Positions 9,698-16,867 are shown, counted from the first letter of the stretch. The stretch is DNA of 64,000 bases from Candidatus Magasanikbacteria bacterium CG10_big_fil_rev_8_21_14_0_10_36_32 (GCA_002778465.1 PFBV01000003.1:151736-215735), one strand, 5' to 3'. Numbers and translations: made by a program. Notes: generated from the letters alone by a model not told the origin.

Positions 9698-11908
9698 ATG
9701 AAAACACTAGTCATCGTAGAATCGCCGGCTAAAGCTAAGACCATTGCCAAATTTCTTGGTAAAAATTTTATAGTTAAATCTTCCTTTGGACATGTTCGTG
9801 ATTTGCCAAAAAGCAAACTCGGCATAGATATAGAAAATAATTTTACTCCTCAATATCAAGTCAGCCGTGATAAATCAAAAATAGTTAAAGAATTAAAAAC
9901 AGCGGCAACTAAAATTGATGATGTACTCTTCGCCACCGACCAAGATCGTGAGGGTGAAGCTATTTCTTGGCATTTAGCTTTTATTTTAAATATAGATGAA
10001 ACTAAAGCTAAAAGAATCACATTTCACGAAATTACCAGAAATGCCATTTTAGAAGCTGTGAAATCTCCAAGATTAATTGACATAAAATTAGTTGACGCTC
10101 AACAAGCGCGTCGTGTTTTAGATCGTTTGGTCGGTTATCAACTATCTCCTTTTCTTTGGCGTAAAGTTTCTAAAGGATTATCAGCTGGAAGAGTACAATC
10201 AGTAGCTGTTCGACTAGTAGTTGAACGTGAACGTGAGATACAAAATTTTAAAGCGGAGGAATATTGGACTTTAGAAGGAATATTCGCCGACAAAGACAGT
10301 AGAAAAAAATTTAATGGAAAACTCCATTCAATTAACGGCGAAAAACTTGGTAAAATGGATTTAAAAAACAAAGAACAAGTAGATAAAATAATCGCCGATT
10401 TAAAAAACGCCACATATAGTGTGGCATTAGCGGAAGATAAGGCCACTCAAAGATTGCCATTAGCTCCGTTTACGACTTCAACTTTACAACAGGAAGCCAA
10501 TCACAATCTTGGTTATTCAGCCAAACAAACAATGAGATTAGCTCAACAATTATATGAAGGTGTAGAATTAGGAGGAGATTCTGTTGGTTTGATTACTTAC
10601 ATGAGAACTGACTCAGTAAATTTATCAGAAAAATTTTTAATTGAAGCAAAACAAGTAATTAATGATCAGTACGGAGCCGACTATGTTGCTTCTACAACTC
10701 GTCAATATACCACAAAAAGTAAAAATGCTCAGGAGGCACACGAAGCTATTAGGCCAACCGAAGTTTTCCGAACTCCGGATTCGGTTCAACCGTTTTTAGA
10801 TAAAAAACAATTAAAACTATATGAACTTATTTGGCGACGCGCCGTTGCTTCACAAATGGCTGAAGCAAAACTTAACAATGTCACTCTTGATGTAATTTCC
10901 AACAACCAACACACTTTCCGCGCAACCGGACAAAGAGTGGTTTTTGATGGTTTCTTAAAACTTTTTCCAGAAAAAAATAAAGAACATATTTTACCAAAAA
11001 TGAATGTTGGTGACAAAGTTAAATGTCTGGAATTCAATCCTGAACAACATTCTACCGAACCGCCGGCTCGTTATTCTGATGCTACCCTAGTTAAAATATT
11101 GGAAGAATACGGCATTGGACGTCCATCAACTTATGCTCCCACGCTTGCCACTATTGAAGGACGCGGATATGTTGGTCGGGATGAAAAAAAACGTTTACAA
11201 CCGAAAGATATTGCTTTTTTGGTTAACGATTTATTAGTGCAACATTTTCCAAAAATTGTTGACTATCAATTCACCGCTCAAATGGAAGAGGATTTAGACC
11301 AAATTGCTTTAGGTAACAAACAATGGCAACCTGTGATTGCCGATTTTTATTATCCATTTAAAGAAAATTTAGAACAAAAAGATAAAGAATTAACCAAAAA
11401 AGATATAGTACAAGAAGAAACTGATATCATTTGTGAAAAATGTGGAGCGCCAATGATAAATAAATTTAGCCGTTATGGAAAATTTTTAGCTTGTTCCGCT
11501 TTTCCAAATTGTAAAAATACTAAATCATTGGATAAAGACGGAAATCCGGAAATTGAAGAAGGAGAGCCAATAACGGAAAAATGTGAAAAATGCGGCGAAG
11601 CAATGGTTAAAAAAATTGGACGTTTTGGAGCATTTCTTGCTTGTTCTGGTTATCCTAAATGTAAAAATATAAAAAATATTGATATTAAAATAGACATGGC
11701 TTGTCCAAAATGCTTAAATGGCGATGTTGTAGAACGACGCAGCCGACGAGGAAAAATTTTCTACGGTTGCAATCGCTATCCGAAATGTGATTTTGCATTA
11801 TGGAATAAACCAGCTGGAAAAACTTGTAAAATTTGCCAATCACAAATGATTTATGATAAAAAAAATCAAATCATTTGCAGTAACAAGGAATGTTCCAGTC
11901 AAAAATAA
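9698..11908 (+). CDS. topA: DNA topoisomerase I
   Basis: TOPRIM N-terminus (LVIVESPAKAKTI), active-site region (GLITYMRTDS) and three C-terminal Cys4 zinc ribbons (CEKCGAPM...C..C). Confidence 0.92.
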   Translation: MKTLVIVESPAKAKTIAKFLGKNFIVKSSFGHVRDLPKSKLGIDIENNFTPQYQVSRDKSKIVKELKTAATKIDDVLFATDQDREGEAISWHLAFILNIDETKAKRITFHEITRNAILEAVKSPRLIDIKLVDAQQARRVLDRLVGYQLSPFLWRKVSKGLSAGRVQSVAVRLVVEREREIQNFKAEEYWTLEGIFADKDSRKKFNGKLHSINGEKLGKMDLKNKEQVDKIIADLKNATYSVALAEDKATQRLPLAPFTTSTLQQEANHNLGYSAKQTMRLAQQLYEGVELGGDSVGLITYMRTDSVNLSEKFLIEAKQVINDQYGADYVASTTRQYTTKSKNAQEAHEAIRPTEVFRTPDSVQPFLDKKQLKLYELIWRRAVASQMAEAKLNNVTLDVISNNQHTFRATGQRVVFDGFLKLFPEKNKEHILPKMNVGDKVKCLEFNPEQHSTEPPARYSDATLVKILEEYGIGRPSTYAPTLATIEGRGYVGRDEKKRLQPKDIAFLVNDLLVQHFPKIVDYQFTAQMEEDLDQIALGNKQWQPVIADFYYPFKENLEQKDKELTKKDIVQEETDIICEKCGAPMINKFSRYGKFLACSAFPNCKNTKSLDKDGNPEIEEGEPITEKCEKCGEAMVKKIGRFGAFLACSGYPKCKNIKNIDIKIDMACPKCLNGDVVERRSRRGKIFYGCNRYPKCDFALWNKPAGKTCKICQSQMIYDKKNQIICSNKECSSQK

Positions 11909-12363
11909 TTATGGATGGTCAACTTAAAAATTTTCAATCTCCTTCCATTGAAAGATTGATTGCTATAATTATTTTTTCTTTTTTAGCCACTTTTACAATT
12001 TCTCGTTTAATGGTTTATTTAGTGCTTGAACATTTAATGCCAGATTTCTTTCTTACCATTAAAGGTGTCCACATACACCATTTCGCTTATGGAGTATTTA
12101 TCCTAACTGTTATCAGTTTTTATTTCATTATTGGCCAACCAACATCTGGCACCAAACGATTCCGTTGGGCAACAGCAATCTACGGTATTGGTTTAGGACT
12201 GACTTTTGACGAATTTGGAATGTGGATACATTTAGAAGATAATTATTGGATTAGACAAAGCTACGATGCTGTCATTATTATTACTTTACTGCTTTTAAAT
12301 ATCGCTTATCGAAAATTTGTGTGGCGGTGGCTAAAAGAAATATACCGTTTAGTTAAAAAATAA
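11890..12363 (+). CDS. Hypothetical membrane protein (4 TM helices)
   Basis: Hydrophobic segments. No motif recognized. Confidence 0.4.
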   Translation: MFQSKIIMDGQLKNFQSPSIERLIAIIIFSFLATFTISRLMVYLVLEHLMPDFFLTIKGVHIHHFAYGVFILTVISFYFIIGQPTSGTKRFRWATAIYGIGLGLTFDEFGMWIHLEDNYWIRQSYDAVIIITLLLLNIAYRKFVWRWLKEIYRLVKK

Positions 12364-12369
12364 ATAACT

Positions 12370-12397
12370 AAAAAATCCCTTTCAAAAGGGATTTTTT
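12370..12397. terminator. Bidirectional intrinsic terminator
   Basis: aaaaaatcccttt-caaa-agggatttttt, a perfect hairpin flanked by A and T runs. Confidence 0.7.
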
Positions 12398-12575
12398 AGT
12401 GCAGGCGCGAAGGGCGAACCTTAATGCCAATGGTGATACAAAGGGCCAATCGCGACCTGCTTCAATATTCTATCAAAAACAGTCTAAATATGCAAGAAAA
12501 AACGATTAAAATAGGAATACCGCCCCGTAAAACGGAGCGGTATTCTTTAGCACTAAAGGTTTTTTTGTATCACGA
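12398..12575 (-). ncRNA. Candidate small non-coding RNA of about 175 nt, class undetermined. Strand inferred from the flanking promoter.
   Basis: A consensus promoter (12581-12609, minus) and a terminator (12370-12397) bracket about 175 nt with no ORF. A long-range helix pairs GUGAUACAAA with UUUGUAUCAC, and internal hairpins are present (GAAUACCGC...GCGGUAUUC; CUUUAG..CUAAAG). Confidence 0.4.
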
Positions 12576-12580
12576 AAAGT

Positions 12581-12609
12581 ATTATAGCACATTTTAAGGC
12601 TCTTGTCAA
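12581..12609 (-). promoter_or_regulatory. Consensus sigma70 promoter with extended -10 (copy 1 of a 4-copy promoter module)
   Basis: Minus strand: TTGACA, then AGAGCCTTAAAATGTGC (17 nt), then TATAAT. Confidence 0.6.
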
Positions 12610-12618
12610 GTCCTGTAA

Positions 12619-14151
12619 ATGGTAATACAATTAAATTCTACTATACTCTTATATATGGGTTTAGATATTTCAATGCCAAAACCGATAACTGTCGGACATT
12701 TGGTTAAACAACTCAAAAAATATTGCCGTCCTACCGACATTGATTTTGTTAGGCTAGCTTATGATTTTGCTGCCGAAGCTCATAAAGGACAATTTCGCAA
12801 ATCAGGAGAACCATATATTAACCATCCCCTATCAGCTGCCTATCTTTTATCTAAAATTAAAATTGACACAAACATCATCGTCGCCGCTTTGCTACATGAT
12901 GTACCGGAAGATACTAATGTTTCTATACAAGAAATAGAAGAAAATTTTGGATCAGACATTGCTATTATGGTTACTGGCATCACTAAACTTGGAAAATTAA
13001 AATATCGCGGCATGGAACGATATATTGAAAACTTAAGAAAAATGTTTGTCGCCATGGCTGAAGATATGCGGGTTATTATTATTAAATTTGTTGATAGAAT
13101 TCATAACTTAATGACTTTAGATGCTCATTCTCCCGCAAAAAGACATCTCATTGCTTTAGAAAGTTTGGAAATATATGCTCCGATTGCCAATCGTTTAGGA
13201 ATGGGTGAAATAAAAGGCACACTTGAAGATTTGGCGTTTCCTTATGTTTTTCCAAAAGAATATAAAAAAGTTAAATATTTACGGGATAACCAACTGGCTG
13301 AAGAAAGTATTTATTTGGATCAGGTAATTAAAACCACAAGAAAAAAACTATTAGATGATGGTATTAAAGTTTTAGATATTCACGGTCGTGAAAAACAATT
13401 ATACAGTTTATATCAAAAACTTTTATTAAAAAATTGGGAAATAGATAAAATTCATGATATTGTAGCGGTGAGAATTATTGTTCCTGATTTAACAAATTGT
13501 TATGCCGCGTTGGGAACAATTCATCGTTTATGGAAACCGCTCAAAGGACGTATTAAAGATTATGTCGCTCAACCAAAACCAAACGGTTACAAATCACTTC
13601 ACACTACTGTATTTTGCAACGAGGGTCGAGTGGTGGAATTTCAAATTCGTACTGAAGAAATGCATAAAGAAGCCGAGTATGGTATTGCCGCCCATTGGCA
13701 TTATGATGAAAAAGGAAAATTGAAAAAAGTTCCAACTAAAGATATTGCTTGGGCTCAAGAATTAGCAAAAATACAAAAAGAAAAACTGCATAATATTTCC
13801 GATTTAGAATCTTTGAAAATTGATTTTTTTCAAAATAGAATTTTTGTTTTCACACCCAATGGCGATGTTATTGATTTGCCGGAAAACGCCACTCCGATTG
13901 ATTTCGCTTATTATATTCATTCTGAAATCGGACATAAATGCAACGGAGCAAGAATCAATGACCAAATGGTCAGTTTAGATACGGCTTTAAAAAGCGGCGA
14001 TGTGGTGGAAATTTTAACTGATAAAAATCGTAAAGGACCAAGTCCGGACTGGTTAAAAATAGTAAAAACCACCGCCGCCAAAGATAAAATAAAAAGTTAT
14101 TTGAATGGCGCCAAACGCAGCTGGATAAAAAATCTCCTGCCGTTAAAATAA
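12619..14151 (+). CDS. RelA/SpoT-family (p)ppGpp synthetase/hydrolase, short form
   Basis: An HD hydrolase domain (HPL..LLHDVPEDT), a RelA/SpoT nucleotidyltransferase domain (RIKDYVAQPKPNGYKSLHTTV..EFQIRT) and a TGS-like C-terminus. Confidence 0.85.
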   Translation: MVIQLNSTILLYMGLDISMPKPITVGHLVKQLKKYCRPTDIDFVRLAYDFAAEAHKGQFRKSGEPYINHPLSAAYLLSKIKIDTNIIVAALLHDVPEDTNVSIQEIEENFGSDIAIMVTGITKLGKLKYRGMERYIENLRKMFVAMAEDMRVIIIKFVDRIHNLMTLDAHSPAKRHLIALESLEIYAPIANRLGMGEIKGTLEDLAFPYVFPKEYKKVKYLRDNQLAEESIYLDQVIKTTRKKLLDDGIKVLDIHGREKQLYSLYQKLLLKNWEIDKIHDIVAVRIIVPDLTNCYAALGTIHRLWKPLKGRIKDYVAQPKPNGYKSLHTTVFCNEGRVVEFQIRTEEMHKEAEYGIAAHWHYDEKGKLKKVPTKDIAWAQELAKIQKEKLHNISDLESLKIDFFQNRIFVFTPNGDVIDLPENATPIDFAYYIHSEIGHKCNGARINDQMVSLDTALKSGDVVEILTDKNRKGPSPDWLKIVKTTAAKDKIKSYLNGAKRSWIKNLLPLK

Positions 14152-14163
14152 ATAAATTCAATT

Positions 14164-15165
14164 CTATTGGCTCACCCAATATTTTTGCAGAAGTTCGCTT
14201 CTGATTTTTTGCGTGTTTCCGTGTTTCAGCATCCCCAAATATGATTGTAATGTTTCCTCTTTTGGATTTTCTTTCACACTGGCAAACATCCTTCTTTTTG
14301 TCGCCCGCCGCAAAACGCGATGGTCGGGAAAATTAACCCAGCCGAGAAAATCCGCGCCGGAAGCGTAGGTTTGAATAAAAACTTTTTTATCGTGCAAAGA
14401 CAATTTCAGCCGTGTTTGTAAAAATTCGGCGATTCGTAAAATAATATTTTTAAGCCATTTTTTGTCCGCTGATAATATGGCAAAATCATCAGCGTAACGG
14501 ATATATTTTTTCGCGCGCAAATTATGTTTCATCCATTGGTCCAATTCATTCAAATAGACATTGGAAAATAATTGAGAAGTCAAATTACCCAGCGGTAAAC
14601 CGACACCGGTTTTGTTTTCGTCGGAATAACTCTCAATCACATTTTTTAACAGCCGCATAATATTTTTATTCGGGATATATTCATCTAAAATTTCCATCAA
14701 AATATTATGGTCAATGCTGGCGAAAAACTTGCGAATATCGCATTTTAATATCCAGCAAGTCCGGCTGTTATTGCGGCTTTCGCTTAAAGCCATCCGTTGA
14801 AACCGCTTGACCGCTTTGTGTGTGCCTTTATTCAGACGGCAAGAATACGAATCGGCGATGAATAACCGGTCAAAAAACGAATATAATATCCGATAAATGG
14901 CGTGATGCAACAAGCGATCGCGGACGCCGGCTTTGTGGATGTGGCGCGGCTTCGGGTCGCTGATATTAAACGCTTCGTAAGGCCCGTGCCGGTAATTTCC
15001 GCTTGCCAAATCTTCGTGAAGAGATATAATATTATCAGCTAGGTTGCGGCTGAATTCTAAAACATCAGGCTTGGATTTCTTGCCGACAACAAACTCGCCC
15101 CAGGCGAGAAATAAATTTTCAAATGAAATAATATCTTCAAAACTATGGTTCAGCTTGCTTTTCAT
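14164..15165 (-). CDS. DGR reverse transcriptase. The ORF track extends it to 15306, but the likely start is MKSKLNHSFEDIISFENLFLAWGEF, preceded by AGGA.
   Basis: RT domains with LPLGNLTSQLFSNVYLNELDQ (the DGR-specific I/LGxxxSQ motif that replaces QGxxxSP) and YADDFAILS. Size of about 333 aa is typical of DGR RTs. GC content is higher than the host background. Confidence 0.88.
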   Translation of the reverse strand: MKSKLNHSFEDIISFENLFLAWGEFVVGKKSKPDVLEFSRNLADNIISLHEDLASGNYRHGPYEAFNISDPKPRHIHKAGVRDRLLHHAIYRILYSFFDRLFIADSYSCRLNKGTHKAVKRFQRMALSESRNNSRTCWILKCDIRKFFASIDHNILMEILDEYIPNKNIMRLLKNVIESYSDENKTGVGLPLGNLTSQLFSNVYLNELDQWMKHNLRAKKYIRYADDFAILSADKKWLKNIILRIAEFLQTRLKLSLHDKKVFIQTYASGADFLGWVNFPDHRVLRRATKRRMFASVKENPKEETLQSYLGMLKHGNTQKIRSELLQKYWVSQ

Positions 15166-15185
15166 AATAATAATTCCTCTTATAA

Positions 15186-15195
15186 CCCCCCCCCC
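15186..15195. repeat. Homopolymeric C10 (G10 on the minus strand) tract between the divergent RT and avd-like starts
   Basis: tataaCCCCCCCCCCgacaa. It lies about 20 nt upstream of the RT start codon and about 8 nt upstream of the avd-like GTG start. Confidence 0.8.
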
Positions 15196-15203
15196 GACAA
15201 CCC

Positions 15204-15548
15204 GTGGTGATTGGCAAGGGTAAGGAAGCATACCAACTCTGGCTTGTTCTTCATAGAAACTTTCCCAAAACGGAACGTTTTGGTTTGGGTCAAAAAATTG
15301 ACACAATATTTTTAGAAATTTTAGAACTTGGTTATTCGGCCGGATATCTGCCGCCCGAACAGAAAACCGTCGCCTTGGGAAAAACCATCACTCGCTTGGA
15401 TATATTAAAATTTCTTTTTCAAATTGCATGGGAAAATAAACTGATTCCAAACAATAAATACATTATACTGTCTCAAAAACTGGAAGAAATCGGCCGCATG
15501 CTCGGCGGCTGGAAAAAGGGGCTTCTAAACAAAACTCCCGTAAATTAA
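15204..15548 (+). CDS. avd: Avd-like accessory protein (four-helix bundle, 23S rRNA intervening-sequence protein family), on the strand opposite to the RT and TR
   Basis: FPKTERFGLGQKID... and ...LSQKLEEIGRMLGGWKKGL match the 23S_rRNA_IVP/Avd family pattern (FPKxExxxL.sQlrRA ... eigkmL.gL). It occupies the TR-RT spacer. GTG start. Confidence 0.6.
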   Translation: MVIGKGKEAYQLWLVLHRNFPKTERFGLGQKIDTIFLEILELGYSAGYLPPEQKTVALGKTITRLDILKFLFQIAWENKLIPNNKYIILSQKLEEIGRMLGGWKKGLLNKTPVN

Positions 15549-15564
15549 ACGGGAGAAAACAACA

Positions 15565-15668
15565 GTCGCGAGAAAAGACACGGTTGCCAGCGTTCCACCT
15601 GTTCGGATTCTCAACCGAATTGGCGTTCACGTTCCAGCCGTCATCGTTCCGGTTTACGTTCACGGCGC
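15565..15668 (-). repeat. DGR template repeat (TR)
   Basis: A stretch of about 104 bp homologous to the 3' ends of both target genes. On the minus strand it reads ...AVNVNRNDDGWNVNANSVENPNRWNAGNRVFSR with many AAC codons. All 12 mismatches to VR1 fall at TR adenines. Confidence 0.85.
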
Positions 15669-15918
15669 CCGTTTTCACGCAAAAAATCATCCTTTGCACC
15701 ATTCCTTGAATACTCTTGGAATTGAATTTTATATGGGACATAAGAAGTCCTCTAATTTTTCGCGCCGATTCTTGTTTTTTTGAAAAATTTTTTTATACTC
15801 TCGCGCAAGGCATGCCCAGCACGACTCTCACAAAAAATATTTTAGATACTGTGTCACGCAAGCCGTAGCCGACGCGAAAAACACAATTTCCATTTTTATA
15901 ATAGCATAAAATTTTAGA

Positions 15919-15947
15919 TAAAAAAAGCCCCGCACAAGTGCGGGGCC
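15919..15947 (-). terminator. Intrinsic terminator of target gene 1, a conserved GC-rich hairpin also present downstream of target 2. It may also act as a DGR homing stem-loop/cruciform.
   Basis: Minus strand: GCCCCGCACTTGTGCGGGGC followed by TTTTTTT. A near-identical hairpin sits at 43985-44004. Confidence 0.65.
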
Positions 15948-16006
15948 GAAGAGCCAAAGGAACAAAGAGTTAAAGGGTCAAAAGGATAAGGATAAGGAAA
16001 CAAGAA

Positions 16007-16603
16007 TCAGCGAGAAAAGACACGGCTGCCAGCGCTCCACCTGTCCGGATCCTCAACCGAATTGGCGTGCACGTCCCAGCCGTCACCGTACCGGTGGACG
16101 TACACGGCGCGGAGCACTCCACTGACATCGCGAACATAGAAGATGTTCGTATAGCCGTTGGTGAGAAGTACGCCCGGCTCGCCGTTTGGCTGACAATTCA
16201 CCAGTTTGTAAACGCCGGCCATGGTGACTTCGGCCTTGGCTTCGCCGCCGAGGTCGTTGAGAATTTCGCAATCCAGAGAGACCTTGCTGAGGTCGTGGTG
16301 AGGACGCGAAACCGCCACATCCTTCGCTTCCTCGGTCTTGCCGTAGAACCAGGACTTAAAATTGTCGCCGATGTACAAGAACTTGATGGTGATGTTGGAC
16401 AGCTTGAAGTGGTCGGCGATGGCGAACTTGGTGACGGTGCCGACGATCAGGGCGGCGATCTGCTTGCGCAGGTCGGCGTCCTTGAGCACGCGCTCCATGT
16501 CGCTGTCATCCCCGCCGATGTCCAGCACGGCGTTGGCGATGGCCTTCATAAACCCGAAGGCCTTGCCCATCCCCTTCAGGAACTCACTCGTTTTCTTTGC
16601 CAT
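16007..16603 (-). CDS. DGR variable (target) protein 1, with the C-terminal VR spanning the last 33 codons (about 16008-16110)
   Basis: 198 aa. The C-terminus AVYVHRYGDGWDVHANSVEDPDRWSAGSRVFSR aligns to the TR with substitutions only at AAC/GAC adenines. The gene is GC-rich (about 55%), has an AAGGAG RBS, and is paralogous to the gene at 44066-44617. Confidence 0.85.
   Translation of the reverse strand: MAKKTSEFLKGMGKAFGFMKAIANAVLDIGGDDSDMERVLKDADLRKQIAALIVGTVTKFAIADHFKLSNITIKFLYIGDNFKSWFYGKTEEAKDVAVSRPHHDLSKVSLDCEILNDLGGEAKAEVTMAGVYKLVNCQPNGEPGVLLTNGYTNIFYVRDVSGVLRAVYVHRYGDGWDVHANSVEDPDRWSAGSRVFSR
16008..16110 (-). repeat. DGR variable repeat VR1
   Basis: The nucleotide alignment to the TR shows 12 differences, all at TR adenine positions on the coding strand. 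Confidence 0.85.
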
Positions 16604-16699
16604 GACACTTTCTCCTTGTTTTTGGTCTGCCTCTTGCTAACGCGACATGCGCCAGCCTATGGCTTGCCATTTTTAAAGAACATTACATTATAAGCGAAG

Positions 16700-16844
16700 C
16701 TTAAAATTACGGCGTTGCTCATATAATGAAAAATAAATTTTCCATTTATTCACAACTTGCCATTATAAGTGAAAATCTTGAAATGGCGGCGTTGTTCATA
16801 TATAGAAAACAAGGTTTTTCATCTATTCACAACTTGCCATTATA
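16700..16844. repeat. Tandem repeat, 2 copies of about 77 bp (about 80% identical), in the 5' leader of target gene 1
   Basis: Units cttaaaattacggcgttgctcatataatgaaaaataaattttccatttattcacaacttgccattat and cttgaaatggcggcgttgttcatatatagaaaacaaggtttttcatctattcacaacttgccattat. Each contains the near-palindrome AATGAAAAAT..ATTTTCCATT. Confidence 0.8.
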
Positions 16845-16867
16845 GCACATTTTGAAGGTTTTGTCAA
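16839..16867 (-). promoter_or_regulatory. Consensus sigma70 promoter (copy 2 of the module) driving the repeat-containing leader and target gene 1
   Basis: Minus strand: TTGACA, then AAACCTTCAAAATGTGC (17 nt), then TATAAT. Confidence 0.6.

Larger units (their letters stand above)
14164..16867 (-). mobile_element. Diversity-generating retroelement (DGR) cassette: promoter, target gene with VR, TR, inverted avd-like gene, reverse transcriptase
   Basis: See the component features. TR/VR mismatches are adenine-specific and the RT carries DGR hallmark motifs. Confidence 0.85.

Noticed and set aside
12398-12575. Assigning the candidate sRNA specifically to 6S RNA or SRP RNA
   Set aside because: Only weak, partial resemblance (a closing helix; a GAAGCAG or CAGGcgCGAAGG segment). 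Without a covariance-model search the class cannot be supported, so it is reported only as an unclassified candidate.
15463-15741. 92-aa ORF (MSHIKFNSK...DGWNVNANSVENPNRWNAGNRVFSR) resembling the target C-terminus
   Set aside because: It is the DGR template repeat read as protein. The Asn (AAC)-rich translation is a typical TR artefact and there is no independent gene signal.
15742-15925. Possible promoter for TR-RT transcription between TR and the target-1 terminator
   Set aside because: Several weak -35/-10 candidates but none convincing by eye. Left unannotated.
16067-16693. Plus-strand ORFs (208, 62 and 92 aa) overlapping target gene 1, and the 217-aa and 60-aa plus-strand ORFs at 43961-44614 overlapping target gene 2
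   Set aside because: These are antisense open frames generated by the GC-rich target genes (few stop codons on the opposite strand). They have no RBS and no homology.
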